Made by a program: the position numbers and the translations under genes. The notes under the pieces were generated by a model. The model was not told where the DNA came from, ran no database searches, and was given only the letters and a program-made list of their open reading frames with translations. From Thermodesulfobacteriota bacterium (GTDB lineage Bacteria > Desulfobacterota > Desulfobacteria > Desulfobacterales > C00003060): 64,000 nt of DNA. Shown one piece after another: positions 39,901-50,259 of this stretch. The stretch covers positions 129,906-193,905 of the forward strand of contig JAXHVD010000005.1 in the NCBI GenBank assembly GCA_034189385.1, written 5' to 3'. How positions within the stretch are numbered: position 1 is the stretch's first letter; each line of letters starts with the position of its first letter.

Positions 39901-42381
39901 AGGTACCGTTTCCCTGAACCTCTATCTCCGGGTCCAGGTTGTACGCGAAATCGTCCATGAGGAAGTTTCCGTTTGCGTCACTGATGATTTCAAGTTTTTC
40001 TAAATTATTCATGTCTGTATACGCCTTCTTCTGGTAGCTTGTCGAAATCGAAAACGAATGGGATACCGTTCCTGCACCACTCACATAGCCTGTGAGCGTG
40101 ATGCTGCTCGCTGCGTTCCAGCAATATTGCTTGAATCTGGCCTCGGCAAAGTTGAATGTGCCTGATAGGGGAGTCACCGTGATCGTTGTGGGATCTCCCG
40201 ATGCTATGCGAACTTGATTAGGACTGGAGGCGGCGAACCTATTGCATTCCCAACCACTCATCTGGGCATTGCTGACGACGCCGGCGCCCCCTTCCCACGT
40301 AAATCCTTTATACCCGGGCGAAGAAGCGGGTAGGGCGCCGGGCGTAAAATCATCGAAATCGATGATCGTATTCGGCGTGCCCGTTCCGTTAAGGGTCAGA
40401 TCATAGGGGGTCTCGTCACTATCGTTGTTGGCAATGGCGATGGAGGCAGTCTTGGCCCCTGAGGAGGTGGGTGAGAAGCGGATCGTAAAGGTCGTGCTGC
40501 CTGAAAGGGCCACGGGCGAAGTAGGCTGGGCCTGAACACTGAACTGGCTGGCGTCTGTCCCGACAATGTCAATGATGGGCGTTCCCGACAAAGTGAGGTC
40601 GGCAGTCCCCGGATTCTCGATGGTAAAGATAACGTCAATATCCGTGTTATTGGTCCTTATGCCGAAGTCATAGCTTCCGCCATCAGCGATGTTGGTGGCC
40701 CCCTGCTTCAGGTTGATCTCAGGTACGGGCAGCACGCCGGTCCCGTTGAGGGTCAGATTATAGGGATTCTCATTACCGTCATTGTTGGCCATGGCGATCG
40801 TGGCGGTTTTGGCCCCCACCGAGTCGGGTGAGAAGCGGATGGTAAAGGTTGTGTTTCCCGAAGGGGCCACAGGCGATGTGGGCTGGCCATCAACACTGAA
40901 CTGGTCGGCGTCTGCCCCGCCTATGGTAATGATGGGCGAGCCGGACAGGGTCAGGTCCTCCGTTCCCAAATTTTCAATGGTAAAGACAGCATCGGTGTCG
41001 CTACCCGTGGGCTGACTGCTAAAGTTGTAACTGCCGCCATCAGCGATGTTGGTAGTCCCCTCCTTGAGGTTGATTTCAGGCCCCCACCTGTGCCGTTGAG
41101 GGTCAGGTTATATGGGTTCTCATCGCTGTCATTGTTGGCCATGGCGATCGTGGCGGTTTTGGCCCCCACCGAGTCGGGTGAGAAGCGGATGGTAAAGGTC
41201 GTGTCTCCCGAAGGGGCCACCGGCGATGTGGGCTGGATCTCAACACTGAACTGGTCGGCGTCTGTCCCGGTAATGGTAATAATGGGCGAGCCGGACAAAG
41301 TGAGGTCGGCGGCCCCTGTGTTCTCGATGGTGAAGACAACATCCGTATAGGTGCCAAGGGCATGGCTGCCAAAGTCGTGGCTACCGCCATCAGGGATATT
41401 CGTTGCCCCCTGCTTCAGGTTGATCTCCGCTTCAGCGGTTCCTGTACCCTGTATGGCGAAATCATAGGGATCTTCGTCTGCATCGTTATTGGCAATGCTC
41501 AGTGTGGCACTCCTTAGTCCGGCAGCACTGGGGTCAAAGGTCACCTGGAAGGTTCTGCTTCCGCCAGCCGGGACAGGGGTAGACGGGAAAGCAGTCACGG
41601 TGAAATCCGATGTGTGGCTGCCGCCGACGGCCACCATGGGAGAGCCGGTGAGATTCAGGGCGCTCGTTCCCAGATTCTTGATCGTGAAGGTACGGACGAC
41701 CTGCCCACCTCCTACATCGGCACTTCCGAAATCAGTATGGTCGCCTGTGGAAGGCGTATTGTCACCGTCGGCAATGGTAGAGCCGTTTCCCTCAACGGCT
41801 ATTTCCGGGCCCTCAATCAGAGTGAAATCATCCATGAGCCACGATCCTTTGCCGTTGCCGTCGCCGTTGTCTCCCCTTATCACGATTGACGTCAGGTTTG
41901 TCATGTTGGAGCACACTTTCGTCCCGTAACCGCTCCCCAACGGTATGGTGAATGAGTCCGTAACGGTGCCTCCGCCACTCAAATTTCCGGTAAAGGTGAC
42001 TTTGGTCGCTGTGAACCAACAATATCTGGCAAACTTGGCCCCGCCAAAGTTAAATGTGCCGCCCGAGGCAGGGGTCACCGTGATGGCTTTGGGTTCCTCT
42101 CCTGCTACACGGACCTGATACTCACCGGATGGTGAATTCCTTGAGCAGCTATAAGCCGCGAGCTGCGCATCGCTGATGACCCCTGGGGTGTCAGAGCCAT
42201 ATTCCCATAGGAAACCGCCATACCCAGGGGGCGAATCAGGAAGGGACGCCTGAGAATTGGTCGTATAATCATCAAAATTGATCACGACCTCTTCTCCATA
42301 GGCTGCAACGGCCATGAAAAGGACGAAAATGAGAGCAGAGACTATCCCGGTCAGTTTTCCTTTCACCGATACTTCCAACAT
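36905..42381 (-). pseudogene. Large secreted/surface protein with ~11 choice-of-anchor-D Ig-like repeats; single -1 frameshift at 41081-41085
   Basis: Signal peptide from 42381; repeats PEI.V.G...I.DG..TP...D.TDFG...FTI.N.G...L.L...I.N.D.DE.PY.F.I.GTG; the two track ORFs join if the G5 run were G6; C-terminal FN3-like domain and MPPVYYLL tail. Confidence 0.85.
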
Positions 42382-42796
42382 TCGCTTCTCCCTCCTCATA
42401 TCTCTTCGGATGGGGCAAAGGCCATAGTCGGTATGGTGGCGCCTTGCCCCAATCTTGCTCCTAATTGTATGTGATTCCACCCTTGGACGTGGCCAAAGCA
42501 GACATGAGTCGGCTGAAATGGACGTGGGTGGATGTGTGAGATGCTGCCAAGGGTCGTGCCTTGTCATACGGCACAACGCTTTTGCCTGGAGTCTAAATGG
42601 GTCGCTTCGCCTGGGCAACACATATATATTACAGGAAAAAGGTAAGGATTGCAAGGATGAAGCCGGGGGCCAACGGCATATTCACAAAGACAGGCCAGAA
42701 TGCGCCGACTTCAAGTTGGAGGGGAGGAGATCATTTATGATGCCCCGACCTTTGGTCGGGGCGTTTCACTTCACAAATAGCCCGTCAAGATGCGGC

Positions 42797-43132
42797 TCAA
42801 CGGTCAGTGCCTGCGGTCCGGCTCGTCCAGCAGGTAATAGACCGGGGCATGCTACTTGCGGAAGTCGTGAAAGCCACGACGTTTCCGTAAGCCGTGCCTG
42901 CATCATTTGTGGCATAGGCCCGCACATAGTAGAGGGTATTAGGCTTCAGGCCGGTCATGGAGCCGTCCATGTTTTCGCTGAATTGAACTTGGATGTCGGT
43001 GTTGGCCACCGCGTCCACAGCGTTTTGGCCTGGTGCGTGAGAGATGATAGTGGGCTGTACGAAGGATGGTTCAGAGAGCAGACACAGGGCCGGAAAGAAC
43101 AAAAAAAACGACAGAGATCCGAATTGCTTCAC
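42797..43132 (-). pseudogene. Internally deleted paralog of a surface protein (signal peptide + start of an Ig domain fused to the same C-terminal tail)
   Basis: [25 protein letters not shown] matches the C-terminus of 36905-42381; a -1 shift hides [15 protein letters not shown]. Confidence 0.75.
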
Positions 43133-43386
43133 GGCAGGGTGATTTCATGAGAGTCATGCTCCTTTCATCGCTGAGGCTAACAGCTTGCGCCGTAACACCT
43201 CAGCGTTCGTTGCCGTTAGCCACCTGCTCCTTGACTACTTACGAGACACAAGAACATCTGCTTCTTCTCAACGGATCTTGGCGAATTCCTCTGTATGTCC
43301 CTCACTCCGGCGGACGGGCGTACGCCGGAAGAGGATCAAAAAAACGTGTAGGACAAGACAAACAAGCTTTGGGCAGCAGGAGGACG

Positions 43387-45294
43387 CTATTCCTTTTGCC
43401 CCTTGGCGTAGCCCATGGTTGCCAATGCTTGATCGATCTCTTCCAGGATGGCTGGATCGTCTATGGTGGCTGGCATCTTGTAAGGCTTGTGGTCTGCGAT
43501 CTTCTGCATGGTGCCACGAAGGATCTTGCCGGACCTGGTTTTGGGCAGACGCTTCACCACTGTGGCCATCTTGAATGCAGCCACAGGGCCGATCCTTTCT
43601 CGGACCATCTGAATCACTTCTTTGACAATCTCCTCTTGGTCCCTCTCCACGCCAGCGTTAAGGACCAAAAGACCGATTGGGATCTGTCCTTTTAGCTGGT
43701 CTCCCACGCCAAAGACGGCGCATTCTGCCACATCAGGATGGTCTGCCAGCACCTCCTCCATGGCCCCTGTGGACAGACGGTGGCCGGAAACATTAATAAT
43801 GTCATCGGTCCTGGACATGACATAGACATAGTTTTCATCATCCATGTAGCCTGCGTCCGCCGTCTTATAATAACCGGGAAACTCTTCCAGATAGGCGGAA
43901 AGGAAGCCCTGGTCATTGTTCCAAAGGGTGGGAAGGGTTCCTGGAGGCAGGGGAAGCTTGACCACAAGGGCCCCTGTGTCACCGGCCTTCACAGGATTAG
44001 CGAAGGGATCGACCACCTGAAGATTCCAGCCTGGGGCTGGTTTTGTGGCCGAACCGTGCTTGACAGGAAAGTGGTGGAGGCCCAGGCAGTTGGCACTGAT
44101 GGCCCATCCGGTCTCTGTCTGCCACCAGTGGTCAATGACAGGGACGCCCAGATGGCTCTCGGCCCAGTTCAGGGTGTCGGGGTCGGATCGCTCCCCTGCC
44201 AGAAACAAGGTCTTAAAGGAAGAAAGATCATACTTCTTCATGAGTTCAGCCTTGGGGTCCTCCCTCTTGATGGCGCGAAAGGCCGTGGGGGCCGTGAACA
44301 TGCATTTCACTTTGTGATCAGAGATGACCCGCCAAAAGACCCCGGCATCAGGGGTCTTTACGGGTTTTCCCTCAAAGAGGATAGTGGTGCATCCCTGAAA
44401 GAGCGGCCCATAGACGATGTAGGAATGCCCTACCACCCAACCAACGTCCGATGCCGCCCAGTAGACATCTCCTGGCTCCACATCATAGATGGCCTTCATG
44501 GTCCATTTGAGAGAAACCACGTGGCCGCCGTTGTCCCGAACAACGCCCTTGGGCTGGGCTGTAGTGCCCGAGGTATAAAGGATATAGAGGGGATCTGTGG
44601 CAAGGACGGGGACACAGTCATGGGGTTCTGCCCCTGCCATCACATCATTCCAGTCCAGATCGCGGCCATCTATCATGGCAGCCCTCTCCTGGGGGCGCTG
44701 AAAGATGATGCAGCGCTCTGGTTTGGCCTCTACCATGTCAATGGCCTCATCCAACATGGGTTTGTAGGCAATGACGCGGGAAAACTCGATGCCGCAGGAG
44801 GCAGAGACAATCACCTTAGGTTGCGCGTCTTGTATACGGGTGGCGAGCTCCCTGGGGGCAAATCCGCCGAAGACCAGTGAATGGACCGCACCCAGCCGCG
44901 CTGAGGCCAGCATGGCAATCACGGCCTGAGGTATCATGGGCATATAGATGAGGACCCTGTCTCCCTTTTTCACCCCTTGTGCGGCAAGGGCCCCGGCAAA
45001 GCGAGCCACCTCGTCTCTCAGCTCTTGGTAGGTAAACTTCTGGACCGTATTGGTGACCGGGCTGTCGTAGATGAGGGCGTCTTGTCCCCCCCTTCCAGTG
45101 TCAACATGAACATCCAGGGCGTTGTAACAGGTGTTGATTTCACCCCCTGAGAACCAGCGATAAAAGGGCTTGTTCGAATCATCCAGCACCTTGTCCCATT
45201 TCTTGAACCAATGGCACTGCTCAGCCGCTTCGCCCCAAAATTTTTCTGGATCCTCAATGGATATCTTGTATGCTTCTTCATATCCGTTAGCCAT
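43387..45294 (-). CDS. prpE: Propionyl-CoA synthetase / acetate-CoA ligase family
   Basis: YILYTSGTTAQPKGVVRDNGG, SDVGWVVGHSY, DHWWQTETGW, INVSGHRLS and LPKTRSGKI. Confidence 0.88.
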   Translation of the reverse strand: MANGYEEAYKISIEDPEKFWGEAAEQCHWFKKWDKVLDDSNKPFYRWFSGGEINTCYNALDVHVDTGRGGQDALIYDSPVTNTVQKFTYQELRDEVARFAGALAAQGVKKGDRVLIYMPMIPQAVIAMLASARLGAVHSLVFGGFAPRELATRIQDAQPKVIVSASCGIEFSRVIAYKPMLDEAIDMVEAKPERCIIFQRPQERAAMIDGRDLDWNDVMAGAEPHDCVPVLATDPLYILYTSGTTAQPKGVVRDNGGHVVSLKWTMKAIYDVEPGDVYWAASDVGWVVGHSYIVYGPLFQGCTTILFEGKPVKTPDAGVFWRVISDHKVKCMFTAPTAFRAIKREDPKAELMKKYDLSSFKTLFLAGERSDPDTLNWAESHLGVPVIDHWWQTETGWAISANCLGLHHFPVKHGSATKPAPGWNLQVVDPFANPVKAGDTGALVVKLPLPPGTLPTLWNNDQGFLSAYLEEFPGYYKTADAGYMDDENYVYVMSRTDDIINVSGHRLSTGAMEEVLADHPDVAECAVFGVGDQLKGQIPIGLLVLNAGVERDQEEIVKEVIQMVRERIGPVAAFKMATVVKRLPKTRSGKILRGTMQKIADHKPYKMPATIDDPAILEEIDQALATMGYAKGQKE

Positions 45295-45529
45295 GGTCTT
45301 CCTCCCTTCCTGCGTCCCTGAATCCCGTGCAGGCTTGTTATCTCAGCAAAAAGCAGCCGAAACCGCCCTTCTACTCTAAGTTTAGAGTTTCGTCAAGGGA
45401 AAGCCTGGCTCAGGACAGGGCAGACAGGAGGCCCCATGGTAAGAAATGAATGCCAGAGGCCCAATGGTCCACGGTACATCAATGGGCTGTTGCCCAAACC
45501 GGAATTCCTTTCAGCGGTTCATTGAGACA

Positions 45530-45697
45530 TTTCTACAAAACGGCTTGGGATACCAGGTGAGATTTTACACAAAGACCATGGAGGCATTGGAGGCCTTTCG
45601 GGAAAGTCCTGACAGAGTTGACTTAGTGCTTACTGATGGGACTATGCCACACATGACAGGGGATGCTTTTGGAGGGCAAAGGATGTCATCACAGTGA
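45530..45697 (+). pseudogene. Receiver-domain fragment
   Basis: LGYQV...EALEAFRESPDRVDLVLTDGTMPHMTGD resembles the REC domain of the kinase at 33547. Confidence 0.6.
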
Positions 45698-46303
45698 ACA
45701 GGCGATCCTAAGGAACAGACCCCTCCCGGGCTATCCATGGGGGTTGCCGTCGAGTGATGTACGCCATGTGCGGGAGCAGGCTCAGTACACCCATCGACCG
45801 ATCTCGCGCCAGTGGCCTGCTCCCGCCTTAGGGCATGGCTGCAAACAAAAAGGCAAAAAAGGGCAACTACGATAATGAACAGTGTCGCGGCAAAGTATAC
45901 TCTTTTAGGTATCGTTGTTTGCACTTGAAAGCCCCATGTATGGCGAATCCGGTGAGCCTCGAAGGCCTTTACACCGTAATTTTAGCAAGAAGCATACCAA
46001 GAGGGCCGGCCTCTTTGTTCGCTCCTTGCTTGATCATCATGTCTGCGAGGGCCACATCACCCGGCAGGGTCCTTCTTTTCGTAAGATCCCGGATGGTTGG
46101 TCTCATTGAGCATCACCTGGCAGGCTCCGTTCCGTAAAACGACACCAGCAAGGGGGCAGGAATTCCATCCGGAATCGCCATTGCTGTGAAAATGCCCATG
46201 TGGGCGTGGCATTTCACCACATGACCTACAGCCTCTGCGATCTCGGGGCCATCTGTTTTTCTGTGCAACTTGTGTGGGCCTGGGGAAAAAATGGGGTTTT
46301 TTG

Positions 46304-46330
46304 TGAACAAAATCTCGGTTTCAGACGTCA
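46304..46330 (+). promoter_or_regulatory. Putative ECF-sigma promoter
   Basis: TGAAC-N17-CGTCA upstream of the first gene of an ECF operon. Confidence 0.45.
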
Positions 46331-46362
46331 TAAAGGGTAAAGACTAGAAAGGAGAGACGAAC

Positions 46363-46680
46363 ATGGAGAAGATTGCCGTCATCGTTGCCTTGGGAATAGT
46401 CACGTCATCGTTCCTGTGCCTTCACACAGCCCTGGCAGGGCAGATCACTGACCGACAGATCAACCAACAGAAAAAGATACACCAGGGCGTGGCCAGCGGT
46501 GAGTTGACCCCAGGGGAAGCAGCGGTTCTTGAACGAGAACAACGCCGCATCCGCAGATACAAACAACAGATCTGGAGCGACGGGGAACTCAGCCCTGGTG
46601 AAAAGGCCTGTATGCACTATCAACAGGACAAGGCAAGTGCCCATATTTACAGGAAGAAGCACAATAATATCACCAGGTAA
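46363..46680 (+). CDS. Small secreted helical-repeat protein
   Basis: Signal peptide; RQINQQKKIHQGVASGELTPGEA..L.REQ.RI and DGELSPGE...QDKAS.HIYRKKHN. Confidence 0.8.
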   Translation: MEKIAVIVALGIVTSSFLCLHTALAGQITDRQINQQKKIHQGVASGELTPGEAAVLEREQRRIRRYKQQIWSDGELSPGEKACMHYQQDKASAHIYRKKHNNITR

Positions 46681-46804
46681 ACCCTAACGTAGCAAAGAGT
46701 GGTGCCCGTCTGCGGGAAAAGACTAAGGGATCAGCCAAAAGAGTTGGCGTGATCCTTGAGCCCTTTTTTCCGACTAAACTGGAGAAGAACCAGATTGACG
46801 TACC

Positions 46805-47434
46805 ATGGAGCACTTAGATCAGGCACAATCTCAGCCCCCGTTGGCCGGCAACGGGGTGCAGGTCACATCTCTGGTGAAGCTGGCCAGGGACGGGGATAGG
46901 GCAGCATTTGGACGACTTGTGGAGCTGTTCCAGGAGCCCATCTTCCGCATGGTCTATTACCGAACCCGTTCTCGTATGGATGCCGAGGACCTGACACAGG
47001 ACATTTTTGTCAAAGCCTTTAAGAGCCTGGCCAAATTGAGAGACCTGGAACGGTTCCGCCCCTGGCTTTTCCGCATGGCGGTGAATCGGGTGACGGACTT
47101 TTACCGAAAAAAGCGCCTTTTGGCCATCTTCAAGACAAGGGACCATGACAGTGAGGCAGACCCCAAAGATGTGGAAGCGCAACAGGACCCATCGGCCCTG
47201 GATGATGTCATCAAAGAGGAGTTCTGGAAGCTCGTCACGTCTTTTTCCAACACCCTTTCACGCAGAGAGAAAGAGGTATTTTTTTTGAGGTTCATGGACC
47301 ATCTCAGCATCCGAGAGATCGCCCAGGTTTTGGATAAAAGCGAGAGTGCTGTGAAAACGCATCTCTACAGGGGACTAAAGAAGTTTAAGGAGGACGCATC
47401 GCTGCTTCAATTGCTGGAGGCATCAAGACCATGA
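46805..47434 (+). CDS. ECF RNA polymerase sigma factor
   Basis: GDRAAFGRLV, DAEDLTQDIF, FRPWLFRMAVN and LSIREIAQVL...SAVKTHLYRG. Confidence 0.93.
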   Translation: MEHLDQAQSQPPLAGNGVQVTSLVKLARDGDRAAFGRLVELFQEPIFRMVYYRTRSRMDAEDLTQDIFVKAFKSLAKLRDLERFRPWLFRMAVNRVTDFYRKKRLLAIFKTRDHDSEADPKDVEAQQDPSALDDVIKEEFWKLVTSFSNTLSRREKEVFFLRFMDHLSIREIAQVLDKSESAVKTHLYRGLKKFKEDASLLQLLEASRP

Positions 47435-47982
47435 CAAAAAAGAAAGAGGCCCATCTAAAGGAAGCCGACCTTCTTCAAGCAGTGGTAGATGAGGCAGATC
47501 TGCCGGCTTCTTTGCAGGAACATCTCAAGGCCTGCCGTCTGTGCCGTCATGAAAAGGACCGTTTAGAGCTGGCCCTGGCAGAGCTGGGCGACAGGGCTGA
47601 ACATTTTGCGCCGTCGCCCATGAAAAGGGTGGCATTGCCCGTTCGTGGATCAACGAGAAGGGCTCTGCCGTGGTACTGGAACTGGCGCAGGACCCTTGTG
47701 GCAGGAATGGTCACGGCCGTGGCCGCTGTAATCGTTGTTTACGGTGCCATTTCAGTTAAGAACTTGGAAGAGGCGGAGTTGGCTGCATTGACTCAGGAGA
47801 TGTGGGAAGATGACCTTTTCATGATAGAGGTTAGCGCCCTTTCTGAGAACGCCCTTCCGCTGTTTTGTTCTGATGTCTCCGGAGAATCCTATCCGGATTT
47901 TGACGAAGAGTTTATAGATTTTGTGGTCCCGTCTACAGAGACCGATCTGGTCTCTTGTGGTGGAGGAGGTGTGAAATGTTGA
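47431..47982 (+). CDS. Putative anti-sigma factor (zinc-binding HX3CX2C, one TM)
   Basis: EHLKACRLC motif, TM segment, ATGA overlap with the sigma gene. Confidence 0.75.
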   Translation: MTKKKEAHLKEADLLQAVVDEADLPASLQEHLKACRLCRHEKDRLELALAELGDRAEHFAPSPMKRVALPVRGSTRRALPWYWNWRRTLVAGMVTAVAAVIVVYGAISVKNLEEAELAALTQEMWEDDLFMIEVSALSENALPLFCSDVSGESYPDFDEEFIDFVVPSTETDLVSCGGGGVKC

Positions 47983-48440
47983 AGAAGGTCTTGGTTGGAA
48001 CAGTCATGATCGTGTGGCTCTTTGCGCCCCTGGTTTTATTTGCACAGGAGATTCCTCCAGGCAAATGGTGGCGGCTGCCGCAGGTGGCCGAACACCTTCA
48101 CCTGAACGGTGAAGAGAAGAACCAGTTGGATGGGCTTTTCCTTGAAAGTCGCCGCCGGCTTATTGATCTTAAGAGTGCATTGGAAAAGGAGCGGTTTGAA
48201 CTGGACAATCTTCTCGAACAGGAAACCCTGAATGAGAAGGCGGTCATGGATCGGTTCAGAAAGCTCGAAAAGGCCCGCTCCCATCTTTCCCAGGAGCGAT
48301 TTCGGTCCCTGCTGGAGGCGAGAAAGATACTGGGGTTTGAGCGCTATCAGCAACTCAAGATCCTGTTTAGAGAATTCAAAAAAGGAAAACGGCCTGGCGC
48401 GAGACAGGGACGTGATGAAGGCGGTTCCCCGTGGCGCTGA
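47976..48440 (+). CDS. Periplasmic Spy/CpxP / heavy-metal-sensor-like protein
   Basis: Signal peptide; PPGKWW..PQVAEHLHL..EEK.QL...RKILG.E.YQQL. Confidence 0.75.
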   Translation: MLKKVLVGTVMIVWLFAPLVLFAQEIPPGKWWRLPQVAEHLHLNGEEKNQLDGLFLESRRRLIDLKSALEKERFELDNLLEQETLNEKAVMDRFRKLEKARSHLSQERFRSLLEARKILGFERYQQLKILFREFKKGKRPGARQGRDEGGSPWR

Positions 48441-48568
48441 CACGGAGCGGAGGTAGGTTGGCAATCCCGGTCATTGATCCTGGAACAAGAAAGTGTGTGG
48501 TTTGGGCTTGAAGGGAAAGGCCTGCCACAAAGGCTTAGGTATAGGGCTTACATAAGGAGGGCTGAGAG

Positions 48569-49000
48569 ATGAGAACAAAAGCACTAGGTTTTGTCCTTTT
48601 GACCCTGATGATGGCGGTAGTCTCCTGTGCTGCCCCCAGACACCGCTACAACACCCAAAAAGGCGCAGCCATGGGCGCGGGCCTTGGGGCTGTGGCGGGC
48701 CAGGCCATTGGCAGAAACACGGAAAGTACCTTGTTGGGAGCAGGGATTGGCACGTTGCTAGGTGCCATCATGGGCAATGCCGTGGACCAAAGCCATGAAG
48801 CGGCAAGAGAAGCAGCTATGACCAATAAGAGAGTCGTGTACTACGACAACCAGGGCGGCGCTGTGGAGGCCATTCCAGGGCCAGTGGACCAGCACACTGA
48901 ATGCCGCAAAGTGACAAAGAGGGTCTGGGACAAAGGGACTCTTGTGAGTGAAAAGGTTGAAGAGGTGTGCGAGGGAGAGAAGTATACGAGAAGCTATTAA
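48569..49000 (+). CDS. Glycine-zipper lipoprotein
   Basis: Lipobox VVSC; GAAMGAGLGAVAGQAIG...LLGAGIGTLLGAIMG. Confidence 0.85.
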   Translation: MRTKALGFVLLTLMMAVVSCAAPRHRYNTQKGAAMGAGLGAVAGQAIGRNTESTLLGAGIGTLLGAIMGNAVDQSHEAAREAAMTNKRVVYYDNQGGAVEAIPGPVDQHTECRKVTKRVWDKGTLVSEKVEEVCEGEKYTRSY

Positions 49001-49003
49001 GTT

Positions 49004-49389
49004 GGGATAGCGCAATTCGCTTCTCTAAAGCCTCCAATGCCTCAGTAACGTTTAGAGGTTGTGACAGTCTATTTCTGAATAGACAATTTCCGGATAGGGC
49101 GAATCGCTTCTCTTCGGTATCCAATGCCTTTGAGTAGCCCACATTAGCGGTGTAGATGGAAATGGCTGTATACCTACGTTCAGCGATCCTCCCTATCCTT
49201 TTAACTGCCCGCGAAGAAGGTTTGCCTCAACTTCTGAACGCTACCAATGGCTTTGGTAGCCGTAGGAAGCTGGTAGGAGGCAATGGCTGTAGGCCCCTGT
49301 TCAGAGATGTTCAGCGAATCTCCCCATCCCTCTGTTGCCAAGTCCGGGGGGTATAAGTCTTGACAGACCTACTATTAGTAGAAACGAGG
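49004..49389. repeat. Structured non-coding element, copy 1
   Basis: Near-identical core to 55981-56364; nested stems GGATAGGG/CCCTATCC (49092-49198) inside an outer GGGAT/ATCCC stem. Confidence 0.9.
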
Positions 49390-49419
49390 CTTGTGTAACG
49401 TGAGTTACCAAATGAAGGT

Positions 49420-50259
49420 TCAGAGGATCTTCATGTTCATGTCCAGCCAGGTAGCATGGTGAATGATGGCGCCCGATGAGATGTAATCTACGCCTGTTTG
49501 GGCCACGGCGAGAATATTTTCTGGGGTCATGTTGCCCGAGGCCTCTGTGAGGGCCTTCCCTTTTGCCTGATCCACGGCCTGTCGCAAGGTGGAAAGGTCC
49601 ATGTTGTCAAGGAGGACCAGGTGTGCGCCGGCGTCCAGGGCCTCTTTCAGCTCTCCAAGATCCTTTACCTCCACCTCTATCCGGGCAGTGAAGGGGATCG
49701 CTTTCCTGACGGCTGACACAGCATCTTTAATCGACCCTGCCACCTTGATATGATTGTCCTTGACCATGGCACAATCGTAGAGACCCATTCTATGATTGCA
49801 GGCCCCTCCCATGGTCACGGCATACTTTTCTAGGAGACGCAAGCCCGGTGTGGTCTTTCTGGTGTCTACGAGGCGCGTGCCAGTGGACGCAATGAGATCC
49901 ACCATTTTTCTGGTCGTTGTGGCAATCCCTGAAAGTCTTTGGAGGATATTGAGCGCTGTTCTCTCTGCCCGCAGCAGTGCGAAGGCCGGGCCCGTTACCG
50001 TGGCGAGCTCAGTCCCCTTTGCTATGGCAGCCCCGTCCTGTGCTAGGGGTTCTGTCTTTGCCCTAGGGTCCAAGAGGGAAAATGTCTCTGCTGCCACCGG
50101 CATTCCAGCCAAGACCCCTTCCTCTTTGGCCCTGATGACGGCGGTGGCCGTCTTTTCCCTTCCCGGCACATGGCAGCTCGTAATATCTCCGTGGCCCAGG
50201 TCTTCCAGCAGATAGGCCTTCAGGAGGTCCTTCAGCACAAAAGGGTCGAGTTCTTTCAC
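49420..50259 (-). CDS. nadC: Quinolinate phosphoribosyltransferase
   Basis: EDLGHGDIT, ERTALN..QRLSGIAT, DTRKTTPG, HRMGLYD...KDNH, EVEV, LLDNM and EASG. Confidence 0.96.
   Translation of the reverse strand: MKELDPFVLKDLLKAYLLEDLGHGDITSCHVPGREKTATAVIRAKEEGVLAGMPVAAETFSLLDPRAKTEPLAQDGAAIAKGTELATVTGPAFALLRAERTALNILQRLSGIATTTRKMVDLIASTGTRLVDTRKTTPGLRLLEKYAVTMGGACNHRMGLYDCAMVKDNHIKVAGSIKDAVSAVRKAIPFTARIEVEVKDLGELKEALDAGAHLVLLDNMDLSTLRQAVDQAKGKALTEASGNMTPENILAVAQTGVDYISSGAIIHHATWLDMNMKIL

Noticed and set aside
37044..41929. Repetitive plus-strand ORFs over the surface-protein gene
   Set aside because: Antisense shadows of the Ig-repeat coding sequence.
42400..42660. c-di-GMP riboswitch upstream of the surface-protein gene
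   Set aside because: The GEMM consensus (GGCAAA...GAAA...GACGCAAAG) was not found on the coding strand.
43738..44880. 380 aa plus-strand ORF (and similar long shadows at 4036-4803, 35113-35853, 50349-51212 and 59137-59802)
   Set aside because: Each lies fully antisense to a better-supported gene and has no recognisable motifs.
49004..49389. Assignment of the structured element to a known riboswitch (c-di-AMP, glycine, fluoride) or 6S RNA
   Set aside because: Only short words (e.g. CGCTGAA, GGCAATGG) match and the remaining consensus is absent. Copy 1 is not upstream of any gene, and multiple dispersed copies argue against 6S.
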